DNA of 64,000 nucleotides from a virus: positions 34,489-98,488 of the IMG/VR virus record IMGVR_UViG_3300036820_000007, one strand, 5' to 3'. Below the pieces are notes generated by a model. The model saw only the letters and a list, made by a program, of their open reading frames with translations. It had not been told where the DNA came from and did not search any database. Positions 29,380 through 39,354 of this stretch are shown in pieces; within the stretch, counting starts at the first letter, position 1, and each line of letters starts with the position of its first letter. Both the position numbers and the translations under genes were made by a program.

Positions 29380-30609
29380 ATGCCTCTCACTGCGGCCCAG
29401 CTGGCCGCGATCGGCGCCCCTCCGGCAAACCCCACGTCCGAATACAGATACATTGCAACTGATCTTTTGTCGGGCGCCATTCTCGGCGACTGGATCCCGA
29501 TGGACGGCACCTACGGGCTGTCCCTCGCCCGTCAGATCAACGGCACCGGCACGTTCACCGGCGCGCTGAGCCTCACCGCGGGCAATGCCCTCGAGCAGGT
29601 GGCGTGGCGCAACTCAATTGCCAACAGGCGCACCATGATATGGCTGCTGCTCGACGGCACCCCGGTCTGGAACGGCATCCTCTGGGACTGGCAGCCGCAG
29701 ACGATCCTCGACGGCACGATGCCTTTCTCGGCGTCGACGTTCGACTCCCTGTGCGCCTACCGGGTGATCCAGGACGACCTGACCTTCACCGGAATGGATG
29801 TTTTCGACATCTTCCGGTCCCTGGTCACCTATGCGCTGACCAAAGATGTCAGTACCCAGGCCGCCGGGCTGAACCTCGGCAATAACGAGTCCGGGGTCAG
29901 TGCCACGGTCACGTTCACCGGCTCAGACATGCAGCTGGTATCGGACGCGTGGCAGAACATGGTCGCCGAATTCGGGTTCGAGTACGCGTTCGCACCCGGC
30001 CTGGACGTCAACGGCAACCTGACCACGTACCTGAACCTGGGCTACCCGGAACTGGGCCTGACATTTCCCCAGTCAGGCCTGGCGTACGCCATGCCGGGCA
30101 ATCTGCTCGATTACCAGTGGACAGCGACCGGCAGCACGAGTTCCAACAAAGTGATCGCGACCGCAACCGACTCCACCGGCAGCGGCACCACCTGGACCTC
30201 CCAGTACCCGGCCGGATACGACCTGGTTGACCTGGCCGCCGGCAACCCCCTGCTCGAGCAGGCCGTGTCGGTGACCACCCTCTCGATCACCGACCAGGCA
30301 CAGATCGACGCCTATGCCACCGGTTACCTGCCCGCGGTGACCGGCACACAGCTCACGCCGACCTTGTGGCTGGGCAACGGGCAAGGGCCTGCGGTCAGCG
30401 ACATTGTGCTCGGATCCTGGTGCCAGCTGGCGCTCACGTCGCCACTGCACCCGGCCGGGCCGAATGGGCAGCCGGGATTCCAGGGACAGGCCCGGATCAC
30501 TGGATGGACCCTATACCCCCCAACTGACCAGCAAGCGGAATATACCTGGGTCCAGTGCTGGATACCGGTCCCTTACCTGCCAGATGGCACCTTTACCGGC
30601 ACCAGCTGA
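29380..30609 (+). CDS. tail tip/baseplate hub (Tal-like) protein
   Basis: YRYIATDLLSG, VWNGILW, PGNLLDY. Confidence 0.7.
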   Translation: MPLTAAQLAAIGAPPANPTSEYRYIATDLLSGAILGDWIPMDGTYGLSLARQINGTGTFTGALSLTAGNALEQVAWRNSIANRRTMIWLLLDGTPVWNGILWDWQPQTILDGTMPFSASTFDSLCAYRVIQDDLTFTGMDVFDIFRSLVTYALTKDVSTQAAGLNLGNNESGVSATVTFTGSDMQLVSDAWQNMVAEFGFEYAFAPGLDVNGNLTTYLNLGYPELGLTFPQSGLAYAMPGNLLDYQWTATGSTSSNKVIATATDSTGSGTTWTSQYPAGYDLVDLAAGNPLLEQAVSVTTLSITDQAQIDAYATGYLPAVTGTQLTPTLWLGNGQGPAVSDIVLGSWCQLALTSPLHPAGPNGQPGFQGQARITGWTLYPPTDQQAEYTWVQCWIPVPYLPDGTFTGTS

Positions 30610-30638
30610 CCGGCTGGCCGAGGGGGTGGAGTTCCAGC

Positions 30639-30875
30639 ATGTCCGCCATCCCCAAGCCGATTACCACGCGCATGCCGTATGCGATCAAGCAGACGATGCA
30701 CAAGAACGCCGTGCACGGTCAGCAGATCATCAACATCCAGACCCAGCTCGCAGCGCTGACCGCGGCGGTGTCGTCGTCCGGGTCCGTGAGTTCGGCCCCC
30801 TCCGCCTACACCGACGCCTGGGGCGCCGAAGTGGTCGCCGTCCTCAACGCCCTCATCAGCGCGCTGCAGCCCTGA
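30639..30875 (+). CDS. small hypothetical tail protein
   Basis: ORF in tail operon. Confidence 0.55.
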   Translation: MSAIPKPITTRMPYAIKQTMHKNAVHGQQIINIQTQLAALTAAVSSSGSVSSAPSAYTDAWGAEVVAVLNALISALQP

Positions 30876-30941
30876 TCTTCCGGTAACCCTTTCCGCTCAC
30901 CGGCCCGGCGCCCGGGCCTTCATTCCCGAAGGAGGCGCCGG

Positions 30942-31202
30942 GTGTTTTTGGTGACCTGCGACAACCCGGCCTGCAGAGGCCAGGGCTTCACCGAGAAGTC
31001 GGAGCCCGGCGATTTCGACGACGCGGTGCGGTGCACCACGGGCGCCGGGACGCCGAAAGGCAGCTCCGCGGGCCTGTGCTGCGTCGTGCACCGCTCCCAC
31101 GAGGCGCATGTCGAGCACGTCCGCAAGAGCGGCGACTCATCCTGCCGCCCGGTGACGATCATCGTCATCCCGGGCCACGTGCGCGTGAACGCGGGAGGCT
31201 GA
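30942..31202 (+). CDS. Cys/His-rich small protein
   Basis: AAGGAGG RBS; CDNPAC, CC..H..H, CRPVTI. Confidence 0.6.
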   Translation: MFLVTCDNPACRGQGFTEKSEPGDFDDAVRCTTGAGTPKGSSAGLCCVVHRSHEAHVEHVRKSGDSSCRPVTIIVIPGHVRVNAGG

Positions 31203-31203
31203 C

Positions 31204-31599
31204 GTGGCTGCCGTTGACCAGACTCGCGCCAATACGGTCCTGGGCGCGATGCTGGCCCAAAATGCATGTGAGGCGAGCAGCGGCATTCACACGCGGCTGA
31301 CGTCGACGGTCCCAACCGCCAGCACGGCGGGCACCGAACTCGCCGGTGGCGGCGGCTACACGACCGGGGGCACGGTCACCACCTGGAATGCCCCGTCGGC
31401 AGGCGCCACGAGCAACATCACCGTGCTGACCTGGACCAACTCCTCAGGCAGCACCTGGTCGATCGCGGGCCTCGAGCTGTGGGACGAGGCGGGTACGCCG
31501 CTGCGGTGGCTGTTCGGGACATTCGGGACAACTCTGTCCATAGCGAACACCAACACGCTCCAGGTGGCCGCGGCTGCCATCGAGATCACGCTCTCGTGA
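31204..31599 (+). CDS. small tail structural protein
   Basis: GTEL.GGGY, ELWD...T..R..FG pattern common before fibres. Confidence 0.7.
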   Translation: MAAVDQTRANTVLGAMLAQNACEASSGIHTRLTSTVPTASTAGTELAGGGGYTTGGTVTTWNAPSAGATSNITVLTWTNSSGSTWSIAGLELWDEAGTPLRWLFGTFGTTLSIANTNTLQVAAAAIEITLS

Positions 31600-31658
31600 T
31601 TTATCCCTGATAGTCCGGATTGACTCGCGCACCCGACCCCGCGCCGGGGGTGTGAGCG

Positions 31659-32963
31659 ATGCCGACCCAGACCTACACCACGTCCGGTACGCACACTTTC
31701 ACCGTCCCCGCCGGGGTCACGTCGCTGATCGTGGAATGCTGGGGCGCGGGCGGGGGTGGCGGCGGCGGCGGCCGGGGTGGTGGCCCGTACCCGAACAGCG
31801 GCGCGGGCGGGGGTGGCGGCGGCGAGTATGCGGCCGCGACCGTTGCGGTCACCGCCAGCGCGCCTTACACGGTCACGGTCGCCGGCGGGGGCGCGGGAGG
31901 CGGCGCGGGAGGCAGTCCCGGGCACAGCCCCGCGGCAACCACCTTCCCGGGCAATGACGTCACGGTCACCGCCAACTCCGGTGAGGGCGCCGACGGCGGC
32001 TTCGCCGGGAGCGGGGGCACGGGCAGCACCAACAGTACCCATTTTGATGGCGGCAATGGCGGTTCGGCTTCCTACTCCAATGGGGGCGCCGGGGGCGGTT
32101 CGTCAGCGGGCACCGGCGCGTCGGGCAACCCTGGCCAGACCGCCATTGGCGAGGCGGGCGGCGGCGGCGCGGCGCCATCTGGCGGCGGCGATGGCGGCGA
32201 TGGCGGCGAAACCGGCAGCGGTGGCGACTCCGGTACCGGGCCAGGCGGTGGCGGCGGGGGCGGGTACGGCACCAGCGTCGGCGACGCCGCCGGAGGCGCC
32301 GGGGCCACCGGGCAGGTCATCATCACCTGGAGCGTTGCCACCGTCACGGCCGGCCTGGCCGCAGCATTTACCCTGACCGCCAGCGCCACCACCGCGGGTA
32401 TCGCGGCGCTGAGCGCCACTGCGGCCATCAGTGCCTCGGCTTCGTCCGTCGTCCCGCAGCCAATAGCGGCACAGGTCACCGTGACCCCCACTGCCTCCAC
32501 GGGTTACGGCGCAACCCTGAGCACCTCTGCAACGCTGGAGCCCGCGCCCACCTTGATCTACGGCGCCTCCCTGCCGATGGCAACCACTTTCGCGGTGGCG
32601 ACTCCCGGCCCGCTCGCGGCTGCAGTGATCGCGGTTGCCGGGACGCTCGTCGCGTACCCGCCGCCCGTGCCTACGGCCAACGCGCTGCTCCCGGTCAGCG
32701 TCGTGCTGACGGTGGTGACGGATACCGGCGGCGCGGCCGTCCTGCCAGTTGCCGTGGTCCTGGATGCGCTGCCCGGCTCTTACGGCATTGCCAGCCTGGA
32801 TGCGCAAGCCGCTCTCACCTCAGCAGGCGGCAACGTGGCCACCACCGCTGCCCTGTTCGCGGAGACCGCCCTTGAGCCTGCGCTGACGCTGCTCACCGTC
32901 TACACCCTCGAAGTCTGGTCGACCCCGGACAAGGTCAAGCGTTCCGGCGCGATCATGCAGTAA
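31659..32963 (+). CDS. glycine-rich tail fibre-like protein
   Basis: FTVPAGVTSL.VECWGAGGGG; Ala-rich beta C-terminus. Confidence 0.7.
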   Translation: MPTQTYTTSGTHTFTVPAGVTSLIVECWGAGGGGGGGGRGGGPYPNSGAGGGGGGEYAAATVAVTASAPYTVTVAGGGAGGGAGGSPGHSPAATTFPGNDVTVTANSGEGADGGFAGSGGTGSTNSTHFDGGNGGSASYSNGGAGGGSSAGTGASGNPGQTAIGEAGGGGAAPSGGGDGGDGGETGSGGDSGTGPGGGGGGGYGTSVGDAAGGAGATGQVIITWSVATVTAGLAAAFTLTASATTAGIAALSATAAISASASSVVPQPIAAQVTVTPTASTGYGATLSTSATLEPAPTLIYGASLPMATTFAVATPGPLAAAVIAVAGTLVAYPPPVPTANALLPVSVVLTVVTDTGGAAVLPVAVVLDALPGSYGIASLDAQAALTSAGGNVATTAALFAETALEPALTLLTVYTLEVWSTPDKVKRSGAIMQ

Positions 32964-32982
32964 CCAGCGGGGGTGAAATGCG

Positions 32983-34749
32983 GTGACTGCCTCCGGTTAC
33001 GGCGCAGATGATATGCTTCCTACCTCCGGGGGAACTATGTCCGGAAATCTCACCCTCGAAGGCACCCCGAACCCGCTGACCATCCCTGCGGGCGCCGCCA
33101 TTGGCGACGTCTGGACCTGCACCGACAGCGAGGGCGACGGCGAGTGGGCTCCGGCGGGCGTCAGCACCATCGACGGGGTGACCGTCTCCGGCACGCCATC
33201 GACCGGCCAGTCCATCACCGCAACCTCGCCGACGACGGCAAACTGGCAGACCCCTGCGGCCGGGGTCACCCTCGACTCGACCGCTTCCGACATCCAGCCG
33301 CTGGCCTCGTCAGCTTCAGCCGGCAGCGAGGGCAAGGCGGCCGACTCCGGGCACGTCCACCCGAACACGGGCCTGATCACGACCTCGACGACGCCGGGCG
33401 GCGTCCTCAGTGGCGGCACCTACCCGAACCCCACGGGCCTCGCCGCTTCCGGGGTCACCGCCGGGTCATACACCGCAGCGAACATCACCGTCGGCACTGA
33501 CGGGCGCGTTACCGCGGCGGCAAACGGCAGCGGGGGCCTGGGCGTCACCGTCAGCGGGACTCCGGTTGAAGGCCAGGCCCTCGTCGCAACGAGCAGCTCC
33601 GCGGCCATCTGGGAAGGCGTCTTCGGCACCAGGCCGGAGTTCTTCGGGACGATCAACGGCACCAGCGACGGCGCGATCATCAACGACGCCATCTCCGCGA
33701 TCAACTCGGGCAGCGCACCCGGGCCGCTGGTGCTCACTGGCGCCTACAATATCGAGCAGCCGATCGTGGTACAGCCCGGCGTGAACCTGTGGGGCACCGG
33801 CCAGGGCAACCGCCAGGTCACGCCGAACACGTTCACGGGCGCCTTCATTAGGCCTAACTCCTCGTTCTCCGGCTCTGCGCTGATCACGATTGGCAGCACC
33901 GCGTCGACCAGCGGCGAGGCGGCCGCCAATCCGTGCGGCGCCCTCTTGTTCGGGATCTGCCTGTCGGGGGTCACCTCGGGCGGCACGAGCGTGACAAGTA
34001 CGCCCGGGCTGCTGGTCACCGATACCGCGGACGTGCACCTGGCCCAGTGCTTCGTATCCAACTTTGACCGTTCCGGCGGCACCGGTTACGGGGTGTCGGT
34101 CTACTCGGGCACAGCCAATTACGGCTACGGCTTCCAGATGCAAAATTCGCAGGTCTCGAACTGCGCCTACGGCGTCTCCGTCAACGGCCTCGGCGCGACG
34201 GACGGCCGGATTTCCGGCAACCTGTTCCACTCGAATACATACCAGCTGACCATTGGCTCGAGTGCGGGCGGCGGCGGCATGCAGTGCACCAGTAACCACT
34301 ACAGCTACACCGCGGTCTCCACCAGCGGGGCATATCACCTCAGCCTGGGTTCCGCAGCGGGCGATGCGGTCATCAATGGCGAGTACTTCGACCAGATGGG
34401 CACGTCGCAGGTTCCTGTTCTGCTGTCCACCGCAAAGCTGGTGTTCTGCAATAACCACTTCCTGGCTTACGGTTCGTGCGCGGCCGCGAGCCTGGTCAAG
34501 CTCACCACGGCGTCCCAGGAAACGTCGTTCTGCAACAACCAGATGAACGGTAACGGATCGTCAGTGACATCTCTGCTGCAGTTCACCAACGGCAGCATCA
34601 CCACCACGCCAGCCGGCGGCGTGTGGGCGAACAACGTCTGCTACGGCGCCCCTGACGCCACGGCTGCGCTCATTGGCTCGGGTGGCGCCGCGATCAGTGC
34701 TACGAGCAGTTCATCTGTCTATGTCGCAGGCAACGTTGTCTCGTCGTGA
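32983..34749 (+). CDS. fibre/spike with right-handed beta-helix
   Basis: AADSGHVHP, GVTAGSYT.ANITV..DGRVT.AANG; Asn-ladder repeats. Confidence 0.75.
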   Translation: MTASGYGADDMLPTSGGTMSGNLTLEGTPNPLTIPAGAAIGDVWTCTDSEGDGEWAPAGVSTIDGVTVSGTPSTGQSITATSPTTANWQTPAAGVTLDSTASDIQPLASSASAGSEGKAADSGHVHPNTGLITTSTTPGGVLSGGTYPNPTGLAASGVTAGSYTAANITVGTDGRVTAAANGSGGLGVTVSGTPVEGQALVATSSSAAIWEGVFGTRPEFFGTINGTSDGAIINDAISAINSGSAPGPLVLTGAYNIEQPIVVQPGVNLWGTGQGNRQVTPNTFTGAFIRPNSSFSGSALITIGSTASTSGEAAANPCGALLFGICLSGVTSGGTSVTSTPGLLVTDTADVHLAQCFVSNFDRSGGTGYGVSVYSGTANYGYGFQMQNSQVSNCAYGVSVNGLGATDGRISGNLFHSNTYQLTIGSSAGGGGMQCTSNHYSYTAVSTSGAYHLSLGSAAGDAVINGEYFDQMGTSQVPVLLSTAKLVFCNNHFLAYGSCAAASLVKLTTASQETSFCNNQMNGNGSSVTSLLQFTNGSITTTPAGGVWANNVCYGAPDATAALIGSGGAAISATSSSSVYVAGNVVSS

Positions 34750-34850
34750 CGAATGCCCTGAGCGGTACCCGCTGTAGCTAGCTCGCATCGGCAACGCTGC
34801 CATCTTCATGTGTCGCGGTACGCCCATTCGCATGCCCAGGGGGGTGCCGC

Positions 34851-37800
34851 ATGGGTCTGGAAAAAGTCACCCTAACTGGGACATATCTTGACGGCTCGGG
34901 ACAGCCGCTTTTCGGCACGGTCACGTTCGCGCCCTCGGTGCCGCTCACCGACATCACCGACTCCGAGATAGTCCTGCAGTCCCCGGTCACGGTGGCGGTC
35001 AACAGCGCCGGCCAGTTCAGTGTCGCCCTCTACGGCACCGACGACGCCGACCTGGCGCCCAGCGGATGGACGTGGCAGGTCACCGAGAGCATCGCCGGGC
35101 TGACGCCCTCCACGTGGAGCTTCTTCCTCGCCTACGCGGACGGCACCACCCAGGACATCTCCGCGCTGACACCTGTGGCCGAGGTTACCCCCGTATCGGC
35201 CTACCTGCCGGAATCCGGCGGCACGGTGAGCGGCCCGATCATCCTCGGCGGCTCGCCACCGCTGAAGCTGCCCACGGGCACCAGCGGGGACGTGCTGACC
35301 TCGGACTCGTCCGGGAACCTGACCCTGCAGGCCGCAGCAGCAGGCGCCCCGCTTGCGTCGCCAGCCTTCACTGGCATCCCGACAGCACCCACCGCATCGG
35401 CGCTGACTGACGACACTCAGATCGCCACGACGGCATATGCGGACAGCGCGGTGGGCGTCGAGAAGACCCGCGCCGAGACAGCGGAGGCGCTGCTGGCCGC
35501 GCTGGCCGGGGCCACCTTCAGCGGGGCCGTCACGATGCAGGACGGCCTGGACATCACCTCGGGCAGCCTCGACGTCGGCGCCTACTTCGCCTACAACGGC
35601 AGCCAGCTGACCCTGAACCTCGTCGACTCCTACGGCGGGCTGCACATCCTGGGCCGCTCCGGCGGCGAGGCGTCGATCGCCATCCAGCCCGACAATGTGG
35701 GCAACGGCGACGCCGGGCAGTGGGTGCTGTACACCAACGGCAGCGACCTGAACAGCCCGAACGACTTCGCCTGGTACTCGGCCCAGCTTGGCGCCGCGGT
35801 GTTCGTCCTGCAGAGCGCCACCGGGAACCTGGGCGTCGGGACCAACGACCCGACTTCCCGGCTGCACGTCGCCGGGACGTGCCATGTCACCGGAGCGGTC
35901 ACGTTCGACACGGCGCTCCCGATCTCTGGCGGCGGCACCGGGGCGGGGACGGGTGCGCCGGCTGCGCAGAACGACGTCTTCGCCGGCCCGGCCTCGGGCG
36001 GCTCCGGTGCACCCTCCTTCCGCAGCCTGGTCGCCGCGGATGTCCCGACGCTGAACCAGTCGACCACAGGGAACGCAGCAACAGCCACCGCGGCGGCAGG
36101 ACTGGAGAGCGCGACAACGACCGTTGTCGTGTCCGGGGCGACTGCTCCGGCCAGCGGCCAGGTGCTGACCGCCACTGGCGGCACGGCGGCCGACTGGGCC
36201 ACGCCCGCATCCGGGTTCGCGAACCCGATGACGACGCAGGGCGACATCATCTACGAGAACGGCACCCCAGCGGCTGCGCGGCTGGGGGGGCCGACCTCGG
36301 CGACGAAGCAGTACCTGCAGTCCACGGGCACTGGCTCGGCGCCGCAGAACCCGGCGTGGGGCACGATCGCGTCCGGCGACGTTCCTGCCCTCAACCAGTC
36401 CACGACTGGCACTGCCGCGAATCTGTCCGGTACCCCCGCGCTGCCGAGCGGGACCACCGCAACCACGCAGACCACGGGCGACAGCAGCACGAAGCTGGCA
36501 ACTGACGCGTTCGTCAGCACTGCAGTCGCAACCGAGACGACGCGGGCCGAAGCCGCAGAGGCGCTTCTCGCCCCGCTGGCCAGCCCGGCCCTTGCCGGCT
36601 CACCCACCGCGCCGACGAAGAGCGCCCTGACGAACAGCATCGACATAGCGACCACGGCCTACACGGACGCGGCTGTCTCCGTGGAGACCACCAGGGCCGA
36701 AGCTGCCGAGGCACTGAAGGCCGGGCTGCTCACCCCGACAGGCGTCAAGACCGGCGCTTACCCCGCGAACCCGGGCGACTTCGTCATCTGCAACGCGAGC
36801 ACCGCGTTCACGGTAACCCTTCCCACGGCACCGGCGAACCTGACCGTCGTCGGGCTCAAGATGGTTGCGCAGACGAGCGCCAACCAGATCGCGATCGCCT
36901 GCGGCGGCTCGGACGTGATCAACGTCTCCGGGACCACCTCCGGCACGCTGAAGCTGCTGAACCAGGGCGTCGTCTTCCAGTACCAGACAGGCTCGCCGGG
37001 CATCTGGTACGTGCTCGGCGACGATGTGCCCCTGTCGCAACTGGACTCGCGGTACCTGTCGGCGTCCAGCACCGTCACGGTCGCTGAGGGCGGCACCGGG
37101 GACTCCACGCTTACTGCCTACGCACCGCTGGCCGGGGGCACCACCAGCACGAGTGCGGTGCAATCGGCCAGCACCGGGATGAGCACCTCCGGCAACGTAC
37201 TGACCTCCACCGGGTCGTCCTCGCTGCCGACCTTCCAGGCGCTCCCGACGGCCAGCACGAGCGCCAAGGGCATCATCGAGATCGACGGGACCGCCGGGGA
37301 CATCCAGGCGGTCGGGACGCAGGCAGCCGGGTCCAACGGGCTCGCTGCGGACTCGGGCCACGTCCACGGGCTGGCGTTCTTCGCCCAGTACACCAGCAAT
37401 GCCACACCTACGCTGCCTGCCGGGACGTACGAGATCGCCTGCCTCGGCGGCGGTGCCGGCGGCGGCGGGGCAGGAGCGGCGACAGGGACCACCCTGCAGG
37501 TCGGCGGTGGTGGCGGCGGGTCCGGGGCCACCGTGCGGCTGATCGTGACCCTGGCGTCGTCAACCACGCTCACAGTCACGATCGGGAGCGGGGGCAGCGG
37601 CGGCAGCGGCGGAGCCACGGCAGGCGCTACAGGCGTCAGCGGCGGCTACGGAACTTCTACGACAGTGACCGGGACCGGGGTGAGCATCCTTGCCTGCGGC
37701 GGCTGCCCAGGGCGCCTGTCGGCAGGCAACTCGACGACCGCGGCGGACGGCGGGGCATGGGGGACGGGCCAGCTGGCCGCGCAGATCTCCACGACCCTTC

Positions 37801-38126
37801 CCGGCAACCCAGGGTCAGGCGGGATGAGCGGCGGCGGTTACGCCACCGGCCCGGTGGATCTGGCCGCCGGCGGCGGTGCCGGAGGTGGCGCGGCCACCAG
37901 CACCCTCGGCGGGGGCGGGGGGGCGGCAGGCACCTACAGCGCTGCGTTCACCCAGGTGGCTACCAGCGGCGCGTCCGGGACCGCGGCAGGCGTCCAGGGC
38001 GGCGCGGCGGCGGCCAACTCCGGCGGTGGCGGTGGCGGTGGCGGTGGCGGCGCTGCGGGGACTGGTGCGGGGGGCCAGGGCGGCGCTGGTGGTTCTGGGC
38101 TCGTGATTATCCGCCGGCTGGCCTGA
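34851..38126 (+). CDS. long mosaic fibre (anchor domain, shaft repeats, glycine-rich tip)
   Basis: anchor N-terminus; APLASPA repeats; GNLGVGT.DP.SRLHV; HVH; poly-Gly tip. Confidence 0.8.
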   Translation: MGLEKVTLTGTYLDGSGQPLFGTVTFAPSVPLTDITDSEIVLQSPVTVAVNSAGQFSVALYGTDDADLAPSGWTWQVTESIAGLTPSTWSFFLAYADGTTQDISALTPVAEVTPVSAYLPESGGTVSGPIILGGSPPLKLPTGTSGDVLTSDSSGNLTLQAAAAGAPLASPAFTGIPTAPTASALTDDTQIATTAYADSAVGVEKTRAETAEALLAALAGATFSGAVTMQDGLDITSGSLDVGAYFAYNGSQLTLNLVDSYGGLHILGRSGGEASIAIQPDNVGNGDAGQWVLYTNGSDLNSPNDFAWYSAQLGAAVFVLQSATGNLGVGTNDPTSRLHVAGTCHVTGAVTFDTALPISGGGTGAGTGAPAAQNDVFAGPASGGSGAPSFRSLVAADVPTLNQSTTGNAATATAAAGLESATTTVVVSGATAPASGQVLTATGGTAADWATPASGFANPMTTQGDIIYENGTPAAARLGGPTSATKQYLQSTGTGSAPQNPAWGTIASGDVPALNQSTTGTAANLSGTPALPSGTTATTQTTGDSSTKLATDAFVSTAVATETTRAEAAEALLAPLASPALAGSPTAPTKSALTNSIDIATTAYTDAAVSVETTRAEAAEALKAGLLTPTGVKTGAYPANPGDFVICNASTAFTVTLPTAPANLTVVGLKMVAQTSANQIAIACGGSDVINVSGTTSGTLKLLNQGVVFQYQTGSPGIWYVLGDDVPLSQLDSRYLSASSTVTVAEGGTGDSTLTAYAPLAGGTTSTSAVQSASTGMSTSGNVLTSTGSSSLPTFQALPTASTSAKGIIEIDGTAGDIQAVGTQAAGSNGLAADSGHVHGLAFFAQYTSNATPTLPAGTYEIACLGGGAGGGGAGAATGTTLQVGGGGGGSGATVRLIVTLASSTTLTVTIGSGGSGGSGGATAGATGVSGGYGTSTTVTGTGVSILACGGCPGRLSAGNSTTAADGGAWGTGQLAAQISTTLPGNPGSGGMSGGGYATGPVDLAAGGGAGGGAATSTLGGGGGAAGTYSAAFTQVATSGASGTAAGVQGGAAAANSGGGGGGGGGGAAGTGAGGQGGAGGSGLVIIRRLA

Positions 38127-38464
38127 TGCCACTTCCCGGCGGCCTGGACACGGTCGTGGTGACAGGCGCCTTCCTGGATCCGTCCGGCGCGCCGCTGGCC
38201 GGGAACATCACCTTCGCCCCGTCAGCCGTGGTCAGCGACTCCACGGGTCACGTGGTGCTCGACAGCCCCCGGTTCTACTGGCTGGCCGAAGGCTCCTTCG
38301 AAAGCGAGCCGCTGGTAGCCACCGACAACGACCTGTCGCCCAGCGGATGGCTGTATGCCCTCACGATCGCGGTGGAAAATACGCAGCCAGCCGTCTACGA
38401 GGTGGCCATCCCGCACGACCCGTCCCCGGTGGACATCTCGGTCCTTATTGCTGCTGCGGGGTAA
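38126..38464 (+). CDS. anchor-domain-only protein
   Basis: TGATG coupling; MPLPGGLDTVVVTGAFLDPSG...ATDN.LSP.GW.Y. Confidence 0.75.
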   Translation: MPLPGGLDTVVVTGAFLDPSGAPLAGNITFAPSAVVSDSTGHVVLDSPRFYWLAEGSFESEPLVATDNDLSPSGWLYALTIAVENTQPAVYEVAIPHDPSPVDISVLIAAAG

Positions 38465-38476
38465 TCTGATGTCGCC

Positions 38477-39241
38477 TCAGGCCGCCCGACTCGCCGCCTC
38501 TTTGCGGCGGCGCCGCGTGGCGCGCACGTGCCGCCACAGAAGCGGACCGGCTGCGCGTGGCGAGACTGAAACCCGGTCCCGCATTCCGTGCACACCCAGG
38601 TCACATACTCGCGCTGCGCCCAGATTTGCTTGATCGACTCCGACGCGAATCGAGTCGCCTGGGCGCGCGCGGCGTATCGCTCCAGTTCCCGGTCAACCGG
38701 CACCTCAAGGCGCTTGGCCTCCTCGTATGCTCGCTCGTCGGAGAAATTAAGGTATGCGTATTCGCTATCCGCATCAATGGCAGCCAAGTCAACCGCGCGG
38801 GCCGCATCCACCTCGGACCTGAAGTAGCCAAGAAACGTTTCCGCGCCGCGGATGCGCCGCCGAGCGGCCCACTTGCGGTGACGCGAAACAAAGATGACGC
38901 CCCGATAGCAGGAAGACCCGACAACCGGCCGGGCGTTCGCTGCATTCTGGGCGTCCGTCACGTCGCGCAGGTTAGAACGCTGATTGTTGAGACCATTGTG
39001 GTCGATGTGGTCGGTCAGCGCGTATCCGGTTAGCAGGGTATTCATGCGCAGCGTCTTCCGCTTCCCAGTGCTAATGCGGATGGTCGTGACGGCATACGGC
39101 CCGTTCGCCCGGCGCCCTCGGGCCCCGGGGCTTCACTTCCCAGACGTTCCAGCGGTACCGCATGACGAGGTCGTAGTTAGCGTCGTCCACCAGCGCTACG
39201 CGACCCGCAGCCTTCTTCCCGTAAAGGGGCACGGTTTTCAC
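38477..39241 (-). pseudogene. HNH-AP2 homing endonuclease, apparently frameshifted twice
   Basis: MKTVPL..VALVDD.Y in one frame; DHIDHNGLNNQRSNLR and S.YRGV..KWAA..FLGYF..E.DAARA.D in the next; shifts near 39125 and 38522. Confidence 0.75.
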
Positions 39242-39354
39242 GTCGGTCTGCTCCAGTCAGATCGCCCGAGCCCCGGGCCGGACTACGAGTGCTCGCAACA
39301 CTCCCGGTCGCGGGGATTTTTCGCGCCTTTATTCTATCGCAACCAGGTGGTGAA

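Noticed and set aside
18862-30609. Contractile tail, tailocin or eCIS
   Set aside because: No sheath or baseplate J genes; capsid, long TMP and Dit/Tal indicate a siphophage
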